Source: a virus
Lineage: Duplodnaviria; Caudoviricetes
Length of the DNA stretch: 64,000 bases
Direction: 5' to 3' (one strand)
Virus record (IMG/VR): IMGVR_UViG_3300044631_000780
Coordinates: 1,672 to 65,671 of that record
Under the pieces are notes generated by a model, which was not told where the DNA came from, did not search any database, and was given only the letters and a program-made list of their open reading frames with translations. The translations under genes were made by a program, and so were the position numbers. Below, in pieces: positions 46,421 to 51,459 of this stretch. Each line of letters starts with the position of its first letter. Positions within the stretch are counted from its first letter, which is position 1.

Positions 46421-46492
46421 CGAAGGGTGAGAGATTCGAACTCCCATCGCAAGGTTTTGGAGACCTGCATCTTACCGTTAGACCAACCCAAC
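46421..46492 (-). tRNA. tRNA-Trp(CCA), two U-U mismatches in the acceptor stem
   Basis: Anticodon loop CTCCAAA; T-loop TTCGAAT; acceptor GTTGGGT/ACCCTTC. Confidence 0.8.
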
Positions 46493-46567
46493 TGGTTCTG
46501 AGGGTAGGATTCGAACCCACGAATGGCGGGACCAAAACCCGCTGCCTTACCGCTTGGCGACCTCAGA
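46493..46567 (-). tRNA. tRNA-Gln(TTG)
   Basis: Cloverleaf with encoded CCA. Confidence 0.93.
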
Positions 46568-46568
46568 A

Positions 46569-46642
46569 TGGGGTGACGTATGGGAATTGAACCCATCTAG
46601 GTGGTTCCACAAACCACTGCCTTACCACTAGGCTAACGTCAC
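46569..46642 (-). tRNA. tRNA-His(GTG)
   Basis: Cloverleaf; C73 and encoded CCA; position -1 is T rather than G. Confidence 0.92.
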
Positions 46643-46643
46643 A

Positions 46644-46717
46644 TAGCAGTAGGTAGATTTGAACTACCGACCATAGGCGTATGAAACCCGTGCTCTGCCA
46701 GACTGAGCTATACTGCT
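46644..46717 (-). tRNA. tRNA-Met(CAT)
   Basis: Cloverleaf; loop TTCATAC; weak anticodon stem. Confidence 0.82.
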
Positions 46718-46721
46718 AAAA

Positions 46722-46802
46722 TGGACGCTGACCTGCTGGTTACTCTTTCTGCGGAGGGAGGCGTCAGTCTTTTATATCCGAGCAAGCACCTTGCTGGAGT
46801 CC
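46722..46802 (-). ncRNA. candidate structured ncRNA A in the tRNA array
   Basis: GGAC/GTCC closing stem ending in CCA; AGCAAG/CTTGCT hairpin; CTGAC/GTCAG stem; fills a tRNA-sized slot. Confidence 0.55.
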
Positions 46803-46804
46803 TA

Positions 46805-46891
46805 CGGAAGATGTTGGATTCGAACCAACGGAAAGATTACTCCTTCGACGGTTTAGCAAACCGTTGCTTTAGACCTCTCAGCCAATCTTCC
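46805..46891 (-). tRNA. tRNA-Ser(GCT)
   Basis: Cloverleaf with long variable arm; G73. Confidence 0.93.
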
Positions 46892-46895
46892 AAAG

Positions 46896-46967
46896 TGGAA
46901 CCGACAAGATTTGAACTTGTGACCGCTCGGTTATCAGCCGAGTGCTCTACCACTGAGCTACGATTCC
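46896..46967 (-). tRNA. tRNA-Ile(GAT)
   Basis: Anticodon arm CTCGG-CTGATAA-CCGAG. Confidence 0.93.
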
Positions 46968-46970
46968 AAA

Positions 46971-47042
46971 TAGTCTCAACGGGACTTGAACCCGTGTCTA
47001 CACTGTGAAAGAGTGTTGTCCTAACCACTAGACGATGAGACC
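46971..47042 (-). tRNA. tRNA-Glu(TTC)
   Basis: Anticodon arm ACACT-CTTTCAC-AGTGT. Confidence 0.92.
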
Positions 47043-47045
47043 ATA

Positions 47046-47119
47046 CGACCCATACGGGATTCGAACCCGTGATCTCCACCGTGACAGGGTGGCGTGATAA
47101 GCCGCTACACTAATGGGTC
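47046..47119 (-). tRNA. tRNA-Asp(GTC)
   Basis: Anticodon arm CCACC-CTGTCAC-GGTGG. Confidence 0.93.
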
Positions 47120-47123
47120 AAGG

Positions 47124-47205
47124 TGGGAGGAACAGGATTTGAACCTGTGAAGGCAGAGCCGTCTGATTTACAGTCAGATTCCTTTAACCACTCGGAAATC
47201 CTCCC
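47124..47205 (-). tRNA. tRNA-Tyr(GTA)
   Basis: Anticodon arm TCTGA-CTGTAAA-TCAGA; long variable arm. Confidence 0.93.
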
Positions 47206-47209
47206 ACGA

Positions 47210-47282
47210 TGGGTCTGGTCGGGCTCGAACCGACGACTTACAGGTTAAAAGCCCGCTACTCTACCAACTGAGTTACAGACCC
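47210..47282 (-). tRNA. tRNA-Lys(TTT)
   Basis: Cloverleaf; loop CTTTTAA. Confidence 0.93.
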
Positions 47283-47293
47283 AAAGGGTTAAA

Positions 47294-47348
47294 TTGTCAA
47301 GGTGCTGGTCGGGGTGGTTCCCCTTCCGTTGATGGATGTATCATAGCA
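47294..47348 (-). promoter_or_regulatory. tRNA operon leader: extended -10 promoter, boxB-like hairpin, boxA-like GCACCTTGACAA
   Basis: TGC-TATGAT at 47340-47348; GGGG-AACCA-CCCC hairpin 47311-47323; boxA-like 12-mer 47294-47305. Confidence 0.55.
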
Positions 47349-47376
47349 AAAGGGGGCGGTTTTTGACCTGCCCCCC
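47348..47376 (-). terminator. probable rho-independent terminator
   Basis: Minus strand GGGGGGCAGGT...ACCGCCCCC followed by TTTT. Confidence 0.55.
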
Positions 47377-47408
47377 TGATAAATCTTGCTTATGTGTCAG
47401 ATGTTAGA

Positions 47409-47510
47409 TCATCGTTTCCACTTATGAGCAAGCAGGGGCGCTTGAGCGATATGCCAATAGCGGCAATCGCTTTCCATAATAATATCAATTTGCTTGCTGA
47501 AGTTAGACAT
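47409..47510 (-). CDS. hypothetical 33-aa late peptide
   Basis: Hand translation MSNFSKQIDIIMESDCRYWHIAQAPLLAHKWKR; TATAAATA at 47533-47540. Confidence 0.5.
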   Translation of the reverse strand: MSNFSKQIDIIMESDCRYWHIAQAPLLAHKWKR

Positions 47511-47553
47511 GATTTTCGACCTTTAGTGTGTTTATTTATAAGGGTTTTTGAAA

Positions 47554-47625
47554 CTGGGGCGGCGGGATTCGAACCTGCAACCGATCGGTTAACAGCCGAT
47601 AGCTCTGCCGTTGAGCTACACCCCA
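47554..47625 (-). tRNA. tRNA-Asn(GTT)
   Basis: Anticodon arm ATCGG-CTGTTAA-CCGAT. Confidence 0.92.
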
Positions 47626-47631
47626 ATGAAA

Positions 47632-47802
47632 TCAGGACTGTTGAGTGTCCATCATATATTCTACAGTATTTGCTATGTCATTCATAGCATCACGTAGATG
47701 TGGTTGTTGTCCGCTTTCTTGACGAACAATTGGTCTATGATCATCTGTGAGTGACCAGCGCCATTGTTTCATTATAGCACAGTACCACAGATTAATTTTC
47801 AT
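47632..47802 (-). CDS. conserved cyanophage hypothetical protein
   Basis: MKINLWYC..MKQWRW...; start moved from the track call. Confidence 0.7.
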   Translation of the reverse strand: MKINLWYCAIMKQWRWSLTDDHRPIVRQESGQQPHLRDAMNDIANTVEYMMDTQQS

Positions 47803-47947
47803 GTTTGAAACTTTCCAATCGAATCCAGTTGGCAAGGGCGTTAAGTTGCATTCTTTTGTCTTCAGTAAAGTCATATTTTTTATTAAAAAGATAGAACTCA
47901 ATTGCTTCAAGTGCTAATTGTCTGTCTGCTTGTGAAATGAGTGACAT
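47792..47947 (-). CDS. hypothetical protein
   Basis: MSLISQADRQLALEAIE; start moved past tRNA-Ala. Confidence 0.65.
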   Translation of the reverse strand: MSLISQADRQLALEAIEFYLFNKKYDFTEDKRMQLNALANWIRLESFKHEN

Positions 47948-47966
47948 AGTGAGTATATAGAACTCA

Positions 47967-48039
47967 TGGAGAATAGGAGACTCGAACTCCTGACAGCCTG
48001 CTTGCAAAGCAGGTGCTCTACCAACTGAGCTAATTCCCC
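47967..48039 (-). tRNA. tRNA-Ala(TGC)
   Basis: Cloverleaf with G3:U70. Confidence 0.94.
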
Positions 48040-48042
48040 TAA

Positions 48043-48131
48043 TGGTAGGAGGGGGGAGCATCACCTTAAGCCCCCCTCTTTACTTCACTTAGCCACAGAA
48101 TACTAGACCAAGGAGAGGTTTTGGTTCCTAC
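48043..48131 (-). ncRNA. candidate structured ncRNA B
   Basis: GTAGGA/TCCTAC closing stem ending in CCA; GGGGGGC/GCTCCCCCC hairpin; ACCAA/TTGGT hairpin. Confidence 0.55.
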
Positions 48132-48134
48132 ATT

Positions 48135-48196
48135 TGGGGGGATGATCGGACTTCACCCAGAAGGCAAAGTCCTTAAGACCCTGCCAAATCATCCCC
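48135..48196 (-). ncRNA. candidate structured ncRNA C
   Basis: 9-bp GGGGATGAT/ATCATCCCC stem plus unpaired CCA; internal hairpin. Confidence 0.55.
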
Positions 48197-48245
48197 TTAC
48201 GACGCTACGGAAGATACCCGTAGTAGAAGTTGGCATTACTGCCAA

Positions 48246-48319
48246 AGCCCAAGGTCGGACTTGAACCGACGACCTACGGTTTACAAAACCGTTGCTCTAT
48301 CCAGCTGAGCTACTCAGGC
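48246..48319 (-). tRNA. tRNA-Thr(TGT)
   Basis: Anticodon arm ACGGT-TTTGTAA-ACCGT; first 10 nt overlap the end of cpeT. Confidence 0.92.
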
Positions 48320-48834
48320 ATTTTTACAAATTTGAATGCTCCCCAGTCAGAACCCCAAATTTTTTCATGTGTCTCTGCGTGTAATCCACGATCAACAACA
48401 TGATATTCAGTTTTAGTAAGAGTGACTTCGTTTTGAACATAGGTTTTTATACCTTGCCAATCAACCCAGCACTCACAGGTGGAGGTTCCACCCTGGAACA
48501 TTTCAGGTCCCGTCTGTGTCATAATAATATCACATCCCTCTCGGTATGTCAAGATGTCATCTGTGATGAGTTCAAGGTTTTGACACTCAACAAATCTAGA
48601 AGCATCTTGGATTTCGTAGTTTTTGAGACGGAACTGCCCCTTCTCAACCTCTACATCAATCACAAACTGACGATATGGGTTATTTAGAAGGTAATTGTAT
48701 GCTTGTTCTCCATAGAAACGATAATCGGAAATTTTCCGATGTTGTACCCGAATATGAGCATAACGAGTAGGATGAGATTGTGCTTGCCGTTTGTTAGCAA
48801 AGGTTCCTTCAAGATATTCAAGAAACTGGTTCAT
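48310..48834 (-). CDS. cpeT: CpeT/CpcT (T-type) phycobilin lyase
   Basis: FANKRQAQSHPTRYAHI...YGEQAY...PYRQ...GCD...DRG...WGS..GAFKF. Confidence 0.92.
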   Translation of the reverse strand: MNQFLEYLEGTFANKRQAQSHPTRYAHIRVQHRKISDYRFYGEQAYNYLLNNPYRQFVIDVEVEKGQFRLKNYEIQDASRFVECQNLELITDDILTYREGCDIIMTQTGPEMFQGGTSTCECWVDWQGIKTYVQNEVTLTKTEYHVVDRGLHAETHEKIWGSDWGAFKFVKMPE

Positions 48835-49099
48835 CGGGTAAAACTTCGGGATTAACTAAATCTAACTCAAACAATACGGGGTGGCATTCTTCAGCAATCA
48901 AATAATCAGAATAACGGAAGATATCTTCCATAGTATATTCTTGATTGAGTGCTGCTTCTGCTAAGATCCACTTATCGTGTTTCTCGTTTTCTTCTAAGAT
49001 GTCAAAAGCAAATGGTATGTTCTCAATATAATACATCAGCACAGGTTCGCTGTCAACAAAGACATGCTTTCGAGTGATGGTGTATCTGAAAACTGCCAT
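48818..49099 (-). CDS. conserved cyanophage hypothetical protein
   Basis: ORF track; GTAAATA late-type promoter at 49130-49136. Confidence 0.75.
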   Translation of the reverse strand: MAVFRYTITRKHVFVDSEPVLMYYIENIPFAFDILEENEKHDKWILAEAALNQEYTMEDIFRYSDYLIAEECHPVLFELDLVNPEVLPDEPVS

Positions 49100-49143
49100 T
49101 ACATTTGATCTCTCAAAATTTCCTGTTACTATTTACACAGGAA

Positions 49144-49216
49144 TACCCGTGGTCGGATTCGAACCGACACTGGAGGGATTTTAAGTCCCCTGTCTCTGCC
49201 GTTGGACTACACGGGC
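49144..49216 (-). tRNA. tRNA-Leu(TAA), short variable loop
   Basis: Anticodon arm GGGGA-CTTAAAA-TCCCT; 5-nt variable region. Confidence 0.9.
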
Positions 49217-49220
49217 AAGG

Positions 49221-49293
49221 TGCTCCTTGAGGGGATCGAACCCACCTTAGGCGAATTATGAGTTCGCTGCATTCACCAGATTGCTAAAGGAGC
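49221..49293 (-). tRNA. tRNA with CAT anticodon (Ile2/lysidine type or Met)
   Basis: Anticodon arm GCGAA-CTCATAA-TTCGC. Confidence 0.85.
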
Positions 49294-49296
49294 GAA

Positions 49297-49368
49297 TGGG
49301 GATACTGGGAGTTGAACCCAGACTAACCCGTTATAAGCAGGCCGCTCTAACCATTAAGCTATACCCCC
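49297..49368 (-). tRNA. tRNA-Ile(TAT)
   Basis: Anticodon arm GCCTG-CTTATAA-CGGGT; A73. Confidence 0.9.
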
Positions 49369-49382
49369 ATAAAATTAGGGCA

Positions 49383-49508
49383 TCATATTCGCACTAACAG
49401 TTTTGCTTTTAATGCTTGCCTACGCTTCTTAGCATCTCTCAATGCTTGAGGCTTGAGAGAACGCTTCTGTTCTTTTTTGGAGTGGTGCTGCCAGTTCGGA
49501 ACTTTCAT
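49383..49508 (-). CDS. basic 41-aa conserved cyanophage peptide
   Basis: Hand translation MKVPNWQHHSKKEQKRSLKPQALRDAKKRRQALKAKLLVRI. Confidence 0.65.
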   Translation of the reverse strand: MKVPNWQHHSKKEQKRSLKPQALRDAKKRRQALKAKLLVRI

Positions 49509-49534
49509 CGTTCTCTCGTGTTCTGTATGTATGT

Positions 49535-49592
49535 ATAATACCCGATTATTAGGCGTTCGTCAAGGGCAGTGTGACAGTTGCTTTTCTGGCAC
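49535..49592 (-). promoter_or_regulatory. early promoter element copy 14 (palindrome 49571-49592; TTGACG-17-TATTAT)
   Basis: gtgacagtt-gctt-ttctggcac, 30-nt gap; faces the tRNA/cpeT region. Confidence 0.75.
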
Positions 49593-49678
49593 TCTGCTGG
49601 GCAATAAATGCCCGAAGCTCTGGGGTTTCTTCCCATTCCCAGGTGCGACCTTTCTTATCAATCCATTGCTTTTTAGGA

Positions 49679-49870
49679 TTACTCACTTTTCAATTCCTCC
49701 AGTTTGTCTAAAATTGTATCAAATGATCCGATGCCTTCAATCTCAGAGATCATTTTAGCGATCTGAGTACAAACAATCGGTCGTTCTTGCCTAGCAGCAT
49801 ATGCTAGAGCATTTCGTAGAGAAGCAGAAGCTTCTTTCAAGCTTTCCTCTACTGATTTTGATAGAGCCAT
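49679..49870 (-). CDS. conserved hypothetical protein
   Basis: ORF track. Confidence 0.75.
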   Translation of the reverse strand: MALSKSVEESLKEASASLRNALAYAARQERPIVCTQIAKMISEIEGIGSFDTILDKLEELKSE

Positions 49871-49921
49871 TACTCACCCGAACCTTGAACAGAGTTATCT
49901 TACTCGGTTTCTGAGGTTCTG

Positions 49922-50248
49922 TCAATCCCTCTGGCGCCAGTCTTCGGGTTTATCTCTGCCTTCAGTAAAGAAATCAACAATTTCATCAACAGAGTTGAAC
50001 CTGCTGATGCCTCTGCCTTCGTGTCCAGTCCCACCAATATCTAAGGCATTTAGAAATCCATCCATACTATCTTCAGTCATGTCTGGATTTTCTGCTCTTC
50101 GTCTTGCTTGACGAAGCATTGTCCCAGCTGTTCTATTTGCTTTTGCTAACTTTTCCGCCCATATCATCTCTTCCAAACTCACTTCTTGATGTGCTATAAT
50201 TTTGTCACAGATCGCTTCCAAACGAAGACGATATTGCGTAGAAAGCAT
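49922..50248 (-). CDS. conserved cyanophage hypothetical protein (MLSTQYRLRL)
   Basis: ORF track; CTAAATA at 50272-50278. Confidence 0.8.
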   Translation of the reverse strand: MLSTQYRLRLEAICDKIIAHQEVSLEEMIWAEKLAKANRTAGTMLRQARRRAENPDMTEDSMDGFLNALDIGGTGHEGRGISRFNSVDEIVDFFTEGRDKPEDWRQRD

Positions 50249-50274
50249 AAAGACCCTTTCACAACTACGTTTAT

Positions 50275-51447
50275 TTAGTTTAGGAGAATAAGAGCACCCT
50301 TAATACTGACATTTCCAGCACCAACAATATCAACAGTAGCACCAGCTTTGAAACTTGCTGCTGCTCCAGCTTCAATATTTACTGCTGCTCCTGCCTTCAT
50401 GTCAATTGTAGCTCCAGAAGTTTGATCAATAGATCCACCAGCTTTGATTGACATAGCGCCAGTTGCCAGAATATCAAATGTAGCACCAGCATCATCCATA
50501 ATTGCCGCAACTGCCTTTCTATTAATAAAGTCAGCAGAATCATATGTTTGACCGCCAACAGCAGTCTTTACAGAATAAGCACTATCTCTTGCTTTAATCA
50601 AAGGTGGAACTGGAGTGCCACCAGCAACAATATGTTGCTCCGCTCCACCAATCCATTGTTGATAATCTCCAAGAATTTTCCAGTTTACATGTCCTGGAGA
50701 AACCCAGTTTGCGGAAGCACGAGGATCAAAAGAAATCGTAGTATCTTCAGATACTCCAAATTTCATAACTTGTCCAAGAACAATATCTTTTTTATTAGCA
50801 GTAGTTTGTTCAACATTTCCAGCAAATAACTGAATTGTACCAGTTCCATTGTTAGCAGCGAGAACTATGTTTTGACCAGATAAGTAGAGTTCTGTTGCTG
50901 CTGTAATAAAAATCTTTTCTGCTTTTATTGTTCTTTGCGATCCTTTAGCATCTTCTGTAACATCACCATACGCTATAATATTAACAGCACATTTTTCGGA
51001 ATCATCACCAGCAGAATATTCAAAGTTAGATCTTCCCTCATGTTTCTGTTGTTGACCACCATAGGTATGAACATTTAATTTACCACTACCAGCACCAACT
51101 TGTTTACTATATTTTCCAGAAACAATATGAATTGTGCCTTGATTTCCGAGAGCGAAAAAACTATCCCCAGGACCATCTATTCTAAGTGTTGATGTAATGC
51201 CATCTGGATACAATCTTTCATAAATGTGAGATCTTCCTAAAGAAGATTTCCAGCAAGTTAAAATTCTTGGAGTTTCTGATAATGTTTGAGTTTCATTTGG
51301 TGTAGATGGTTTTGCTGGTCCTTTTGTAGTTAAATTATTATACGTTGATTTTGAAGCAGATTTCTGCTTTGTCAAATTTTCTATTTTTGCGTTTCCCCTT
51401 GGATCATAACCACCTCTTAATGATGGATCTTCTCTATTTCCTGCCAT
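50275..51447 (-). CDS. baseplate spike gp5 C-terminal (beta-helix) part
   Basis: 8-residue beta-helix repeats; ends IKGALILLN; follows the gp5 N-terminal gene. Confidence 0.75.
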   Translation of the reverse strand: MAGNREDPSLRGGYDPRGNAKIENLTKQKSASKSTYNNLTTKGPAKPSTPNETQTLSETPRILTCWKSSLGRSHIYERLYPDGITSTLRIDGPGDSFFALGNQGTIHIVSGKYSKQVGAGSGKLNVHTYGGQQQKHEGRSNFEYSAGDDSEKCAVNIIAYGDVTEDAKGSQRTIKAEKIFITAATELYLSGQNIVLAANNGTGTIQLFAGNVEQTTANKKDIVLGQVMKFGVSEDTTISFDPRASANWVSPGHVNWKILGDYQQWIGGAEQHIVAGGTPVPPLIKARDSAYSVKTAVGGQTYDSADFINRKAVAAIMDDAGATFDILATGAMSIKAGGSIDQTSGATIDMKAGAAVNIEAGAAASFKAGATVDIVGAGNVSIKGALILLN

Positions 51448-51459
51448 AATTTACAACTC

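Noticed and set aside
46323-47687. Track ORFs across the tRNA array
   Set aside because: They overlap clear tRNA cloverleaves and are incidental frames.
48043-48245. Assignment of the structured RNAs to manA or another known cyanophage RNA motif
   Set aside because: I cannot match them from memory; an Rfam/Infernal search is needed, so no family name is given.
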